64,000 nucleotides of DNA from Kofleriaceae bacterium (lineage in GTDB: Bacteria > Myxococcota_A > Polyangia > Haliangiales > Haliangiaceae). The notes below the pieces were generated by a model that ran no database searches, was not told where the DNA came from, and was given only the letters and a program-made list of their open reading frames with translations. The first letter of the stretch is position 1, and every line of letters starts with the position of its first letter. The stretch is from the NCBI GenBank assembly GCA_046597055.1, contig JBKJLC010000058.1, positions 17,649 through 81,648 on the forward strand, given 5' to 3'. Positions 38,731 to 53,963 of the stretch are shown here, piece after piece. Made by a program: the position numbers and the translations under genes.

Positions 38731-40338
38731 TCAGTACGCGACGCCCAGGCTCGCCGACCCGCTGATCCAGCGATCGGCCGCCCCGCCGACGTCCTGGTCG
38801 GGGTCGCCGTCGCGGTTGTTGGTCTGGTTGCCGTTGCCGGTGAAGTCGTAGCCGATCAGGCAGTAGCTGCCGCGCAGGCGCAGGAGGACCATCGACGTGA
38901 TCGCGACGTCGATGATGCCCTCGGCCTCGAAGCCGGTGATCTTCGCGGCGCCGTACTCGCGCTGATCCTGGATCGCGCCCGCCGACTGGAACAGCATGCC
39001 CTTGCCGACCGCGGCCAGCGCCAGCCGCTCGGTCCCGAGCGGGACCCGCAGCATCAGCGACGGCTCGTACAGCCGGTAGTCGACGTCGGGCAGATCGAGC
39101 GCGGTGCCGTCGGGCAGCCCGCCCCGATCGACGATGAAGGCGCGCCGGCCGTAGCCGACGCCGAGCGCGATCGACGGTCGGTTGGCCTTCGACCCGAACG
39201 CGTAGCGCAGCTTGCCGCCGACCACCCAGCGCATCTGCCGGGTCGGCATCGCGACGTTCATCGCCTCGCTGGTGCGGGTGGTGAGCGAGATCACCCGGTC
39301 ATACTCGAAGAACACGCCGATGCCACCGGCCACGTGCTGGGGCTTCAACAGCGCGATCGGGAAGGCCTCGACCACGAGGTGCCCGGCCGGGACCGGCGCG
39401 CCGCGGTAGCCGTTGGGCGCCTGCTGGAAGTCGTCCTGGGTGTCGAACGTCAGCCGGCGCGACATCGCGGTCGACCCGACCTCGAGCAGGACGCCGGCGC
39501 GCCGCAGCTCGCGGCCGGACCTGGCACGGCGGCGGACCCGGGGCTCGGCCTCGTCGGAGGCGGCAGCGCGGTCGTCACGCTCAGCGTCAGCGGCGTCGGC
39601 AGCTTCGTCACCGTCGGCCGCGGCCGCGCCCTCCTCGTCGTCACCCTCGGTGCCGAGCGGGTCGTCCTCGTCGTCGCGGCCACGGTCGCGGTTGCGGACC
39701 TTGGCCGGGGCTTCGTCGGCCGCGTCGGCGTCCTCGTCGTCGTCCGCGCGCGACCCCGGCTTGGCCTTGCCCTTCCCCTTCGCCGCCTTGCCCTTGGCCT
39801 TGGCCACCACCGGGGCCTCGTCCCCCTCGGCGTCTTCGGTGTCCCCGGGCGCCGGCTTGGCCCCCTTTCCGGCGGTGCCGATCACCTGGTCGACCACGGC
39901 CAGCAGCTGCCTGGCGACCTTCTTCTTGCCCTTCGGGCCCAGGCGCGGCGCGTCGAGCGACACGCTCATCTTCTTCTTCACCTTGCCGTTCTTGCCGCGC
40001 ACGCTGATCGACAGCAGGTACCCGCCGTCCTCGCGGGTCATGATGGCGTCGAGCAGCAGGTCGGCCTCGAGCGTCCGGAGCACCTTGGCGATGCCGGCCG
40101 CCGACTCCTCGTCGTCGATGCCCTCGCGCCGGGCCGCACGCTCGAACGCCTGCGATGCGACCACCGAGTGGGTGTCGTCGATCGCGTCGGCGAGGAGCTC
40201 CTCGAGCTCGCCGGTGTCGTCCCCCTTGACCGACAGGACGACGATGCGCCCCGCATCCGCGGCTTTCGGGGCGACCGCGGCCCCGATCGCGATCACGGCC
40301 AGGAGGCCGCAGGTCTTCACCAGCTTGGTTCGGTCCAT
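38731..40338 (-). CDS. GltC-like gliding motility outer-membrane protein
   Basis: Signal peptide, TolB-N-like alpha/beta domain, Lys/Asp-rich linker and a C-terminal barrel ending SLGVAY. AGGAG RBS before ATG 40338. Confidence 0.65.
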   Translation of the reverse strand: MDRTKLVKTCGLLAVIAIGAAVAPKAADAGRIVVLSVKGDDTGELEELLADAIDDTHSVVASQAFERAARREGIDDEESAAGIAKVLRTLEADLLLDAIMTREDGGYLLSISVRGKNGKVKKKMSVSLDAPRLGPKGKKKVARQLLAVVDQVIGTAGKGAKPAPGDTEDAEGDEAPVVAKAKGKAAKGKGKAKPGSRADDDEDADAADEAPAKVRNRDRGRDDEDDPLGTEGDDEEGAAAADGDEAADAADAERDDRAAASDEAEPRVRRRARSGRELRRAGVLLEVGSTAMSRRLTFDTQDDFQQAPNGYRGAPVPAGHLVVEAFPIALLKPQHVAGGIGVFFEYDRVISLTTRTSEAMNVAMPTRQMRWVVGGKLRYAFGSKANRPSIALGVGYGRRAFIVDRGGLPDGTALDLPDVDYRLYEPSLMLRVPLGTERLALAAVGKGMLFQSAGAIQDQREYGAAKITGFEAEGIIDVAITSMVLLRLRGSYCLIGYDFTGNGNQTNNRDGDPDQDVGGAADRWISGSASLGVAY

Positions 40339-40389
40339 GAGTGCTCCTGGTCTTGATGCAAGGCAGCGGCCGACGCCGGGTCCCCGCAA

Positions 40390-40418
40390 ATTATCGAGAA
40401 TCCTTCGTGCGGCGCCAA
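40390..40418 (-). promoter_or_regulatory. Probable sigma70 promoter of the GltC-like gene
   Basis: TTGGCG-N17-GATAAT on the minus strand. Confidence 0.45.
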
Positions 40419-40551
40419 CCCCTGGGGTGCTGAGTCCCGCCCTGGCCGGCTCGGAAAATGCCCCATGCCCCCCGGCCTCGCGCCAGGCCGCGCACAGAAT
40501 GGTGGCACCAGGCCCCTTGCGCTCACGCCATGGGCGTGGCGACCTCCCGAG

Positions 40552-41046
40552 GTGACCGACCCCGTCGACCGCGAGAACCTCCGCATCACCGGCAAGCACA
40601 AGGTCGTCACCGATCCGCACGTCGACGTCCAGGGCGACGTCGTCGTGGTCGTGACCCAGGCCTACGGGCCCCGCGGCGACAACCTGGTCGGGCTGTCCGA
40701 GGTCGCCTTCGACGGCAACCCGGCGGTGACGCTCAAGTTGCGCGCATCGGGCCGCGAGGGGCTGGTCCACCTGTCGCCGATTCACGGCGACACCCGCAAG
40801 GCCGGCTTCATCGACATCGCACCGGGCACGGTCTGCGAGCTGCTGTGCCCGGTGTCGGGCCAGCCGCTCGACGAGGTCGGCGACGTCGAGGACGGCGCCG
40901 GCGCCCGCTACTTCGCGCTCTACCTCACGCCGCAGCTGTCGCGCGGCTCGATGGTGATGGTGTCAAACGTCTGGGGTCACTACCACTCGCGGATCATCGA
41001 CGACTTCGAGCTGATCTCGGCGTGGGCGGCGTCGCACCCCGAGTGA
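40552..41046 (+). CDS. Hypothetical protein (164 aa)
   Basis: Strong coding bias from GTG 40552. Globular-looking sequence with EGLVHLSPIHGD and CELLCPVSG. Confidence 0.8.
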   Translation: MTDPVDRENLRITGKHKVVTDPHVDVQGDVVVVVTQAYGPRGDNLVGLSEVAFDGNPAVTLKLRASGREGLVHLSPIHGDTRKAGFIDIAPGTVCELLCPVSGQPLDEVGDVEDGAGARYFALYLTPQLSRGSMVMVSNVWGHYHSRIIDDFELISAWAASHPE

Positions 41047-41136
41047 ACCGGCCCCAGCACGCGGGGACGGCGCCGATCTCGGGCCTGCGCCGGCCAGCCG
41101 TCGCCTGCCGGTGATTCGCTGGTAAGGTGCCCATCA

Positions 41137-41829
41137 ATGGGCGGGTGTACCAACTGCGGTAGCAAACCGGGCTGCGACGACCGCAAGGGCTCGATGATGG
41201 AGTCGGTTGAGGAGGCGCTCGCGCGGCTCTACCCGACCCGCACCTGGGGCGCTCGCGACGATCGCGCGGTCGGCGACGACCCGGGCGCGGCCGAAGACGC
41301 CGCCGCGATCGCCGACGAGCTGGCGGCCGAGCTCGACGCCGCCGTCATCATGCGCACCGGCGGCCCCGACGAGTACTGCGACTTCCTCTATGTGCTGTGC
41401 GTGGGCCGGCCGCCGTGCGCGGTGCAGGTCCGCGACGCCGACGTGCCGGCCCCGGCCGAGTGGCGCGGCGCACGCATCGAGGAGCACTACCTGCGGGTCG
41501 CGCTGTCGACCATCACGCGCATGGCCGCGGTCCAGGAGGTCTCGATCACCGTGGCCGACGAGGGCGACGGCTACGTGATCCGCGAGCGCGCCCGCGCCGG
41601 CGTCTACGCGGCGCCGCTGCTGCGCCGGTTCCAGCGCCTGGTCTCCATCTTCCCCGCCTACGACATCCTGCACGTCGACATGGGCGAGATCGCGGGGCCG
41701 CCGCCGGGCTTCGCCGCCGGACCCTGGCCGGACCTGTACGTCGGGGCGCCGTCGATCGCCAACTACCTCTTCTATCCGCAGCCGACCACGATGGCGGTGA
41801 CGTCATGGGTACCGGCGGAGTCGACGTGA
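41137..41829 (+). CDS. Hypothetical protein with N-terminal CxxC-x5-C motif
   Basis: [27 protein letters not shown] lies 8 nt before the ATG. Confidence 0.85.
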   Translation: MGGCTNCGSKPGCDDRKGSMMESVEEALARLYPTRTWGARDDRAVGDDPGAAEDAAAIADELAAELDAAVIMRTGGPDEYCDFLYVLCVGRPPCAVQVRDADVPAPAEWRGARIEEHYLRVALSTITRMAAVQEVSITVADEGDGYVIRERARAGVYAAPLLRRFQRLVSIFPAYDILHVDMGEIAGPPPGFAAGPWPDLYVGAPSIANYLFYPQPTTMAVTSWVPAEST

Positions 41830-42518
41830 CCCTGGCTGACGACGTCCGCGACGTCCTGGCCGAGCTGCGGACCCAGGTCGGCGCCCGGCGTGCGTCGGTG
41901 GTGCCCGACGCCGGCCACGACCCGCCGGTCGGCCCGCATGGCGGCGTGCGCGCCCTGCCGCTCGGCGGTGGCGCGCGCCTCGAGCTCGAGCTGGGCGCGA
42001 TGGCCCACACCGACGACGAGGTCGACCTCGCGCTCGAGCAGGCGGTCCGCGCGCTGCGCTCGCTGGCGCGCGCCGCGGGCACCGCGCTGCCCGCGACGAC
42101 CGTGATGGCCGATGCCGCCAACCGGCCGCTGCGGGTCATGGAGCGCATCCGCGGCTACCTCGAAGCGCTGGCCAACCTGCACGGCGCTCAGAACGCGATC
42201 GTGGTCGTGCGCGGCGCCGTGGTCAGCTCGGCGCGCCCGGTGCAAGCGCTCGAGGAGTCGCGGGCCGAGCTGCTGATCCGCCGCACCGGCGCCAACGCCA
42301 AGGTCGCCGGCGCCACCCACGGCGAGCTCGCCGACCAGGACGCCTTTGTCATCACGTTCTGGTACGGCGCCGCGCTGATCGTCTACTTCGCCGGCGTCTA
42401 CGCGACCGACTTCGTCCGCCACCGCGCGCGCCTGGTCGCGCGCGAGCTGTCCGAGCTGCTGCCCGACCTCGAGCCGGGCCCGGCCGCCCCGGCCGCCGCG
42501 CTCCGCCCGCCCGAGTGA
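41826..42518 (+). CDS. Hypothetical protein, C-terminal half possibly Roadblock/longin-like
   Basis: GTGA overlap with the upstream gene. Helix-strand-strand-helix-strands-helix pattern in the C-terminal ~120 aa. Confidence 0.75.
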   Translation: MTLADDVRDVLAELRTQVGARRASVVPDAGHDPPVGPHGGVRALPLGGGARLELELGAMAHTDDEVDLALEQAVRALRSLARAAGTALPATTVMADAANRPLRVMERIRGYLEALANLHGAQNAIVVVRGAVVSSARPVQALEESRAELLIRRTGANAKVAGATHGELADQDAFVITFWYGAALIVYFAGVYATDFVRHRARLVARELSELLPDLEPGPAAPAAALRPPE

Positions 42519-42540
42519 GCACGGCTGGCCCGCGGCCCGG

Positions 42541-43520
42541 TCACGGGCAGAACGGAGCCAGCGACCGGTGGACGAAGCTATATTCGGACGGCAGCAGGAA
42601 CCGGGTGCGCCGCCCGGCGCCCAGCCCGTCGTCCCCGACCGGATAAGCGGCCCACGCCCCGGCGTCGGTGAACAGCGCGACCCGGGTCCCGCCGGCGTCG
42701 ACCAGCGCGCCCGCCAGGGTCATCGCGCCGTCGGCGGGCAGGTCGGGGATCGCCAGCTCGACCGGCGCGGCGCCGGCCCGGCTCGCGTAGATCGCGTGGT
42801 GATCGGTGGCCGGCCAGCCGCACGCGTCCGCGGTCGCGCTGGGCGTGATCCGGGTGACCAGCACCTCGGTCAGCGCCGGCTCGCCGGCGGTCGCGCGGAC
42901 GTCCCACAAGGTCGCGCAGGGCGGCTCGCACTCGGCCACGGGCGTGACGTCCGCCCACGGCGCCGGCAACGGCTCCCGGGTCTCGGCGATCGCGAAGCCC
43001 CCATCGGCCTCCTCGGCAGCAAACCGACCGACCGCGGTCGGCATCACCAGCGAGCACGCGGTCGGGGGCGTGGCGACCAGCAGCAGCCACGCCCGATCGG
43101 TCGCGTCCGCGGCCGGTTCGCACCCGGTGGCGAGCGCGGACAGCTGGGTCCCCGGCCGCGGGTCGTCGAACGGCTCGGCCAGATAGCCAGTCACCCGGGC
43201 CAGGCACGGCGCCCCTCCCTCCCGCAGCAGCCACAGCTCGGCCGGCAGGGTCTCGTGGCCACGGTTGATGACCGCCGAGGGGTCGACCAGGCCCGGCTGC
43301 AGCGCCGGCACCCGGTTGCTGTCGGTCGGGTCGTCGGCCCACGCCCCGAGCGGCACGGCCCACGCCGCGGTCGGGTGAAGCTCGTCGGCGGCGCGCCACT
43401 CGGCGTAGCGAACCGCCGCCGCCGGCGGACATCCGTCAGCCGGGCCCTCGACCCCGCGCAGCCCGCCGCCACAGGCAAGCGCTGCGGCACCCACGATCCC
43501 GGCGGCGAGGATCCGGCGCA

Positions 43521-43521
<1 letters not shown>
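42541..43521 (-). CDS. Cys-rich hypothetical lipoprotein
   Basis: GTG overlaps the lysC stop (TAGTG). Lipobox ALAC and several Cys. Confidence 0.75.
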
Positions 43522-44765
<1,244 letters not shown>

Positions 44766-44774
44766 GCCCGCCGG

Positions 44775-44803
44775 AGGTTATCGATCGCGCGGCGGCGGCT
44801 CAA
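44775..44803 (-). promoter_or_regulatory. Sigma70 promoter of lysC, leaderless geometry
   Basis: TTGAGC-N17-TAACCT, then 9 nt to the ATG. Confidence 0.55.
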
Positions 44804-44985
44804 GCCTGGTCATCGACAACCGCCCGACGGATGCCGGTGAAGCCCACCCACGCTGCGACCTCCTTCCTGCGCAGTCTCGACCGGTCCACTTGCCAGACCG
44901 CCGGGGGGACGGCATCCTCTCCGCTCTTGCGCGCTCACCCCACAGCGTCTGACCTCCGCCTCGCCTCCCGAAGGGCAGTCGCCGC

Positions 44986-46014
44986 ATGATCTGGTTCTGG
45001 ATCGGATTCTTCGTCCTCGTCGCCGCGCTGCTCGCCCTCGATCTCGGGGTGATGAGCCGTACGCCCAAGGAGCTGACGTTCGCGCAGGCGCTGCGCAAGA
45101 CCCTGTGGTGGGTCTCGCTCGGCATCGGCTTCGCAGGCGTCGTCTACTTCATCTACGAGTACAACTGGCTCGACGCCAACCCGGTCCGGGCCAACGGGCT
45201 CCAGATGACCGGGGCCGACGCCGCGATCACGTACCTGTCGGCCTACCTCCTCGAGGAGGCGCTGTCGGTCGACAACATCTTCGTCATCTCGCTGGTCTTC
45301 CGCTCGTTCCGGATCCCGAACAAGTACCAGCACCGGGTGCTGTTCTGGGGAATCATGGGCGCGGTCGTGTTCCGGGTGACCATGCTCGGCGGCGGCGTCT
45401 GGCTGGTGACGAAGTTCGACTTCATCTTCTACTTCTTCGGCGCGTACCTCATCTATTCCGGCCTCGGCATGCTGCGCGCCGAGGACGAGGACGCGGACCA
45501 CATGGAGAAGAGCCTGGTGGTCCGGGTGATGCGCCGCTTCGTGCGCATCGTCGACGGTGACCACAGCGGCCACTTCATGGTCCGCGACAGCCACGGCCGC
45601 CGCGCGCTCACCACGCTGGCGGTCGCGCTGGTGGTGGTCGAGCTCACCGACGTCGTGTTCGCGCTCGACTCGATCCCGGCGGTCCTCGCGGTCAGCCAGG
45701 AGTCGTTCATCATCATCACGTCGAACATCATGGCCATCCTCGGCCTGCGCTCGCTCTACTTCATGCTCGCCGGCGCGATGGCTCAGTTCGACTACCTGAA
45801 GTACGCGCTGGCCGGGCTGCTGGTGTTCATCGGCGCCAAGATGATCGGCCACAACCATGTCCACATCCCCAACCTGGCCTCGCTGGGGATCATCGCCGGC
45901 TTCATCACCGCCGGCGTGGTCGCCTCGATCATCGCCAACAGTCGCCGCGCGGCCGCCGCCCCACCCGACCCGGTCGCCCCGCCCCGGGCGCCCGACGATC
46001 CGCCCGCGCCATAG
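44986..46014 (+). CDS. TerC/Alx family metal homeostasis membrane protein
   Basis: EEALSVDNIFV, QHRVLFWGI, ELTDVVFALDSIPA, GLRSLYF. Confidence 0.95.
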   Translation: MIWFWIGFFVLVAALLALDLGVMSRTPKELTFAQALRKTLWWVSLGIGFAGVVYFIYEYNWLDANPVRANGLQMTGADAAITYLSAYLLEEALSVDNIFVISLVFRSFRIPNKYQHRVLFWGIMGAVVFRVTMLGGGVWLVTKFDFIFYFFGAYLIYSGLGMLRAEDEDADHMEKSLVVRVMRRFVRIVDGDHSGHFMVRDSHGRRALTTLAVALVVVELTDVVFALDSIPAVLAVSQESFIIITSNIMAILGLRSLYFMLAGAMAQFDYLKYALAGLLVFIGAKMIGHNHVHIPNLASLGIIAGFITAGVVASIIANSRRAAAAPPDPVAPPRAPDDPPAP

Positions 46015-46050
46015 CGCGCGGGGCCGCACCCGGCCGCCGGCGCCGCCGGC

Positions 46051-49000
46051 TCAGCTGGCGTCGAGCACCTCGCGGATCCGCCGCAGGAGCCCCTCGGGCG
46101 TGAGCGGCTTGCGCAGGAACGCGATGCCGGCCTCGAGCACGCCGTGGCTCACGATCGAGTCCTCGGTGTAGCCGGACATGAAGATCACCCGCATCGCCGG
46201 CCGGATCGGCGCGAGCCGCTCGGCCAGCTTGCGACCGCTCATGCGCGGCATGACCACGTCGGTGAGCAGCAGCTCGATCGCGCCGTCGTGCTGCTCGCAG
46301 ATCAAGAGCGCCTCGCCGGCGTTCTGCGCCTCGAGCACGCGGTAGCCGCCGCGGCGCAGGATCGACCGGGCGACCGCGCGCACCGCGGCGTCGTCCTCGA
46401 CCAGGAGGACGGTCTCCGAACCGTCGAGCGTGATCGGCCGCGGCGGCTCGGCTCGGCCGTCGACCTGCCCGTCGACCCGCGGCAGGTAGATGCGGAACGT
46501 GGTCCCCACCCCGGGCGCGCTCTCGACCCGAACGTGCCCGCCGCTCTGGACCACGAGGCCGTACACCGTCGACAGGCCAAGGCCGGTGCCCTTGCCGGTC
46601 TCCTTGGTGGTGAAGAACGGCTCGAAGATGCGCGACTGGGTCTCGGCGCTCATGCCGATGCCGGAGTCGGTGACCGCGAGCACCACGTAGCGACCGGCCG
46701 GCACGTCGGTATGGGCCGCGACCTCGGCGGCGTCGACCGTCGCGGTCGACACCTCGAGCACCAGGCTGCCGCCCGACGGCATCGCGTCGCGGGCGTTGAC
46801 CCCGAGGTTGACCACGACCTGCTCGAGCTGGCCGGGGTCGGCCAGCACCTGGCCCGCGTCGGGCGCGACCAGCATCGATAGCTCGATGTCGCCGCCAAGC
46901 AGGCGCCGGAGCATGTTCTCCAGCCGGGTCACGATCTGATTGAGGTCGACGATCCGGGGCTGGAGCACCTGGCGCCGGCTGAACGCGAGCAGCTGGCTGG
47001 TCAGCGCCGCCGCCCGCTCGCCGGCCATGCGGATCTCGTCGAGATCGGGCCGCAGCGGGTCGTCGGGCGCCAGGTCGCTGGCCGCCAGGGTCGCGTACGA
47101 CAGGATCACCGACAGCAGGTTGTTGAAGTCGTGGGCGACCCCGCCGGCAAGCTGACCGATCGCCTCCATCTTCTGCGCCTGGCGGAACTGGTCCTCCAGG
47201 GCGTGGCGCTCACCGATGTCCTGGAACGCGCCCTCGACCCGGGTGATCAGGCCCGCGGCGTTGCGATCGGCCTGGCCGATCGCGCGCACCCAGACCCGAC
47301 GGCCGCGTGCGGTGATGATCTGCAGCTCGAGGTCGAACGGCGTGCCGGCGCGGGCGCAGGCCGCGAACGTGGCGCGGATGACCTCGCGGTACTCCGGGAC
47401 GTAGAACGCGAGGCTTTCCTCGGCGGTCGGCGCGGTGCCGGCCGGAACCTCGTGGATGGCGCACACCTGATCCGACCAGGTGCTCCGGCCCGTGCGCAGG
47501 TCCGTGCTCCAGCCACCGAGCCGGGCCGCCCGGCCCGCGATACGGAGCAGGCCCTCGCTCACGCGCAGGCGGCCCTCGGCGGTGCGCTGCTCGATCATCG
47601 CCCAGGATCGCTCGACCACCTCCTGGATCAGCGCGACCTCGCCCGGCGTCCAGCGCCGGGGCTCCCGCTGGTGGACGGCCATCAGCGCGCGCAGCGTGCC
47701 GTGCCGCACCAGCGCGCAGCACACGAACGCCTTGATGCCGACCGCGGTCAGCTGCTCGCTGCCACGGGCGGACCCGAGCTCGCGGTCGGCGTCGTGCACC
47801 ACCACCGGGCCGGCGCCGCGCGCGAGCTCCGCGGCCAGGTGCGCACCGAAGTCCGACAGGTGCATCTGGCCGACCATGCTGGGCGCGCCGTCGACGTACT
47901 CGTGGGGGATGGTCAGCAGGTCGAGGTCGGGCGCGACCTCGGCCCAGTGGCAGCGCGTCACCTGAAGATGCTGGCCGAGCCGCCGCAGGACGACCGGCAA
48001 GACGCAATCGGGGTCGCTCACCTCGCGCATCGCCTCGCCGAGCTCGTTGAGCATGCGCAGGCGCTCCTCGTTGTCGCGCAGGACCGCCTCCATCTGCTGG
48101 CGGCGCGCCTCGCGCTCCAGGTTGTCGAGGGCGAATGACACGTCGGTCGCGACCTCGGCCAGCAGCGCCTCCTCGCGCGGGCCAAAGAAGCCGACCTCGC
48201 GCGCGTACACCGAGATCGCCCCGCACACCTCGCCGCCCTTCCGGATCGGAAACGCGGCCGACGCGCGCCAGGCCGGACCGGCCGCGGCCACCCGCTGCGA
48301 TTCGGTGCGGGGATCGGTCAGGAAGTCGTTGCAGACGTAGGGTCGCCCCTCGGCGACCGCGGTGCCGGTTGGGCCCCGGACCTCGGGCCGATCGTCGGCG
48401 AACACCCGGATCGAATCGAGATAGCCGAGGTCCATGCCGTAACGGGCCACCGGCACCACCTCGCCGGTGGTCGGCTGGTACCAGCCGACCCAGGCCAGAC
48501 CGAAACCGCCGGCCTCGACCAGCGCTTGCGACACCTCGGTCAGCAGTGCATCGCGCGAGCCGGCCCGGACGATCGCGTGGTTGACCCGACTGAGCGCGCT
48601 GTAGAGCCGCTGGGTCCGCTCGAGCTGGCCGGTGCGCTCGGCGAGCTGGTCGAACAGCACGCGCCGCTCGCGCTCGTGATCGGCCGCATCGACCGCGAAC
48701 GAGAGATCGTCGACCAGGCGGGCCAGGACCCGGACCTCCTCATCGCGGAAGAACCCGGGCTGCTCGCCGTAGATCACGAAGACACCGGCGACCCGCGCCC
48801 CGCGGCTCAGCGGGAACACGGCGCACGAGCGGAGCCCGCGGCGCAGCGCCTCGTCCTTCCAGAAGAAGTCGGGATCGGCGGCGACGTCGTTCGAGAGCGC
48901 GGGGGCCCCGGTCTGCAGCGCGCGGGCGGCGGGACCGCGGTTGACCCGGCCGTCGCTGAGGCGCAGCACGATGGCGTCGACGTAGCCATCGTCGGCACCG

Positions 49001-49749
49001 AACCGCGCCAGCGGCTCCAGCCGGTCCTCGCTCGGATCGAGGCCGGCCACCCAGGCCAGCCGGGCCAGCCCGCTCTCGACCGCGACCCGGCAGGCCAGCT
49101 CGTACAGTTGCTGCGGCTCACGCTCGCGCACGATCGCCGCGCGCACGTCGCTCGACAGCGCGTGCAGGCGGGCGAGCTCCTCGGCGCGGGCGGTGCTCCG
49201 CCGCAACGCTTGATCGGCCCGCTCGCGCCCGATCGCGAGCGCGGCCAGGTGGGTCGCGGCGTCGACCCACACCACCTCCTGCGGGGTCGGCCCGCGCGGC
49301 TCGCGGTAGTACATGGCGAACGTGCCGAGGACCGCCCGCGCCGGGGAGAAGATCGGGCTCGACCAGCAGGCGCGCAGCCCGTGTGGCAGGGCCAGGTGCC
49401 GGTAGCGGGCCCACGCCGGGTGGGTCGCGACGTCCTCGACGATCACGCGCTGCTGGAGGTAGGCCGCGGTCCCGCACGATCCGACCGCGGGCCCGATCGT
49501 CACGCCCTCGATCGCCTCGACAAACGCGGCCGGCATCGCGGGCGCCGCCGCGCAGTGCAGGGTCTGGCTATCGGCGTCGAGCAGCAGGATCGAGCACAGC
49601 ATCGACGGCGCCTGCGACTCGATCAGCCGGACCACCCCGACCAGGACCTCGGTCGCCGGCGCGCCGCGCGCGATCTGCTCGAGCAAGAGGCCCTGGGTGG
49701 CCAGGAAGTCGATGCTCAGCGCCCGGCCATCCACCATATCCACTATCAC
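46051..49749 (-). CDS. Cytoplasmic hybrid histidine kinase: 4xGAF-PAS-HisKA-HATPase-REC
   Basis: Four GAF repeats, PAS_3, [27 protein letters not shown] and receiver LLLTDVVMP. Confidence 0.95.
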   Translation of the reverse strand: MIVDMVDGRALSIDFLATQGLLLEQIARGAPATEVLVGVVRLIESQAPSMLCSILLLDADSQTLHCAAAPAMPAAFVEAIEGVTIGPAVGSCGTAAYLQQRVIVEDVATHPAWARYRHLALPHGLRACWSSPIFSPARAVLGTFAMYYREPRGPTPQEVVWVDAATHLAALAIGRERADQALRRSTARAEELARLHALSSDVRAAIVREREPQQLYELACRVAVESGLARLAWVAGLDPSEDRLEPLARFGADDGYVDAIVLRLSDGRVNRGPAARALQTGAPALSNDVAADPDFFWKDEALRRGLRSCAVFPLSRGARVAGVFVIYGEQPGFFRDEEVRVLARLVDDLSFAVDAADHERERRVLFDQLAERTGQLERTQRLYSALSRVNHAIVRAGSRDALLTEVSQALVEAGGFGLAWVGWYQPTTGEVVPVARYGMDLGYLDSIRVFADDRPEVRGPTGTAVAEGRPYVCNDFLTDPRTESQRVAAAGPAWRASAAFPIRKGGEVCGAISVYAREVGFFGPREEALLAEVATDVSFALDNLEREARRQQMEAVLRDNEERLRMLNELGEAMREVSDPDCVLPVVLRRLGQHLQVTRCHWAEVAPDLDLLTIPHEYVDGAPSMVGQMHLSDFGAHLAAELARGAGPVVVHDADRELGSARGSEQLTAVGIKAFVCCALVRHGTLRALMAVHQREPRRWTPGEVALIQEVVERSWAMIEQRTAEGRLRVSEGLLRIAGRAARLGGWSTDLRTGRSTWSDQVCAIHEVPAGTAPTAEESLAFYVPEYREVIRATFAACARAGTPFDLELQIITARGRRVWVRAIGQADRNAAGLITRVEGAFQDIGERHALEDQFRQAQKMEAIGQLAGGVAHDFNNLLSVILSYATLAASDLAPDDPLRPDLDEIRMAGERAAALTSQLLAFSRRQVLQPRIVDLNQIVTRLENMLRRLLGGDIELSMLVAPDAGQVLADPGQLEQVVVNLGVNARDAMPSGGSLVLEVSTATVDAAEVAAHTDVPAGRYVVLAVTDSGIGMSAETQSRIFEPFFTTKETGKGTGLGLSTVYGLVVQSGGHVRVESAPGVGTTFRIYLPRVDGQVDGRAEPPRPITLDGSETVLLVEDDAAVRAVARSILRRGGYRVLEAQNAGEALLICEQHDGAIELLLTDVVMPRMSGRKLAERLAPIRPAMRVIFMSGYTEDSIVSHGVLEAGIAFLRKPLTPEGLLRRIREVLDAS

Positions 49750-49808
49750 CCCGGAACCATACCCGAGGATCCGCTACCGGCCCCCTCGCCCGGCCGGGGC
49801 CGCCACCT

Positions 49809-50345
49809 TCACTTCATGCGGGCGTTGAGCTTCGCGGTCAGGTCGACCGTCGGGACCGCCCACAGGACCGCGCTCTGGTCGATGACCATGTCGACGCCCT
49901 CGGCCTTGGCGATGTCCTCGATGATCGGACCGGCCTTCTTCAGCAGGTCCTGGATCAGCTTGGTCCGCTCCTCGGCGAGGCTGCGCTCGAGCTTCACGTA
50001 GACCTGCTGCAGCTCGACGAACTGCTTCTCGAGCACGCCCTTCTTCTGGGCCAGGACCTCGGGCTTGAGCACCGCGGCCTGCTTGTCGAGCTCGGCCGCG
50101 GCCTTCTGCAGGTCCTTCTGCTTCTTGTCGAGCTCGGACTGCTTGGTCTTGCGGGTCTTGTCGAACGCCGCGCTGGCGCGCTTGCCAGCCGGCGTGTCGT
50201 AGAGGGTCCGCTCGAGATCGATCGAAGCGATCCGGGTGGCGGTGGGGCCGGCGGCGGTCACCGAGCCGATCAGCGGGCTGGCGACCAGCGCCACGCCTGC
50301 AGCGAGACCGAGACCAGCGACGAACGAGCGAAGCGAGCGTGACAT
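49809..50345 (-). CDS. skp: OmpH/Skp periplasmic chaperone
   Basis: Signal peptide, IASIDL, long coiled coil and DLT terminus. Directly downstream of bamA. Confidence 0.9.
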   Translation of the reverse strand: MSRSLRSFVAGLGLAAGVALVASPLIGSVTAAGPTATRIASIDLERTLYDTPAGKRASAAFDKTRKTKQSELDKKQKDLQKAAAELDKQAAVLKPEVLAQKKGVLEKQFVELQQVYVKLERSLAEERTKLIQDLLKKAGPIIEDIAKAEGVDMVIDQSAVLWAVPTVDLTAKLNARMK

Positions 50346-50429
50346 GGGATTACCTCCGCGGACGTACTACGCGGCAAACCGTCTCCGGTCAACCAACCTC
50401 GAGGAGTGAGGCCGGCCAACCAGCGGTGA

Positions 50430-52994
<2,565 letters not shown>

Positions 52995-53678
52995 CTACTC
53001 CACCGACTCGAGCCGACCGCCGTCGACCATCTGGAGCCGGCGCGGCATCATGCGCGCGAGCTCCGGGTTGTGAGTGACCACCAGGAGGGTCGACCCGCGC
53101 TCGCGGTTGAGCTCGATGAAAAGCTGATGGATCTCCTCGCCGGTGTGGCGGTCGAGGTTGCCGGTCGGCTCGTCGGCCAGCAGCAGGGCCGGCTCGAGCA
53201 CCATCGCGCGGGCCAGGGCGACGCGCTGCTGCTCGCCACCCGACATCTGCGACGGCTTGTGGGTGAGGCGGTGGGCCAGACCGACCCGCTTGAGGATGTC
53301 GTTGGCGCGGCGCGCCGCGGACGCCCGCGGCAGCCGCTGGATCAGCGCGGGCATCATCACGTTCTCGAGCGCGGTGAACTCGGGGAGCAGGTGGTGGAAC
53401 TGGAAGACGAAGCCGATCTTGCGGTTGCGAAACATCGCCAGCCGCTCGGGCCCCATCGTCGTGATCTCTTCCCCGTCGAACTGGATCGAGCCGCGGGTCG
53501 GCAGATCGAGCGTGCCGAGGATCTGCAGGAAGGTCGACTTGCCGACCCCCGACGCCCCGACCACCGCGACCATGTCGCCGGCGTCGAGGTGCATGTTGAC
53601 CTCGCTGAGCACCGGCACGATCACGTTGCCGTGCGCGTACTCCTTGCACAGGCCGACCACGTCGACCTGGGCGCCCAT
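52995..53678 (-). CDS. lolD: Lipoprotein-releasing ABC transporter ATP-binding protein
   Basis: [42 protein letters not shown]. Could start at TTG 53798. Confidence 0.93.
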   Translation of the reverse strand: MGAQVDVVGLCKEYAHGNVIVPVLSEVNMHLDAGDMVAVVGASGVGKSTFLQILGTLDLPTRGSIQFDGEEITTMGPERLAMFRNRKIGFVFQFHHLLPEFTALENVMMPALIQRLPRASAARRANDILKRVGLAHRLTHKPSQMSGGEQQRVALARAMVLEPALLLADEPTGNLDRHTGEEIHQLFIELNRERGSTLLVVTHNPELARMMPRRLQMVDGGRLESVE

Positions 53679-53820
53679 GCCGCTGATCTCGCCGCGGCCC
53701 CCGCGGCCACGCGCCGTGCCGGCGACCGGGCTCGGGAGAGGCGCTGCGGGGTCGCTGGCGGGGTCGATATTCGGTGCGGATGCCTCGTCGTCGATCAAGG
53801 GAAACCTGTGGGAGCGCCGG

Positions 53821-53849
53821 AACTTATTCGGGCGAGTGAGACCTGTCAA
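53821..53849 (-). promoter_or_regulatory. Near-consensus sigma70 promoter for lolD-bamA-skp
   Basis: TTGACA-N17-TAAGTT on the minus strand. Confidence 0.7.
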
Positions 53850-53963
53850 CGCGCTTGGACCGCCCCGTGCGGCCGCTGGTTGCCTGAGGATCTCTGCCAG
53901 ATTGTCCGGGCGCGCGTGACGCGCCGGCTGGCCGTGGTCCCGGCCCCGGTGTTACGACTGCGC

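Noticed and set aside
40357..40372. GG-N10-GC element upstream of the gltC-like gene
   Set aside because: Weak -24 box, and its predicted +1 would cut into the AGGAG RBS. A sigma70-like promoter upstream fits better.
44766..44985. yybP-ykoY riboswitch for terC or lysine riboswitch for lysC
   Set aside because: No recognisable consensus on either strand, and lysC appears leaderless.
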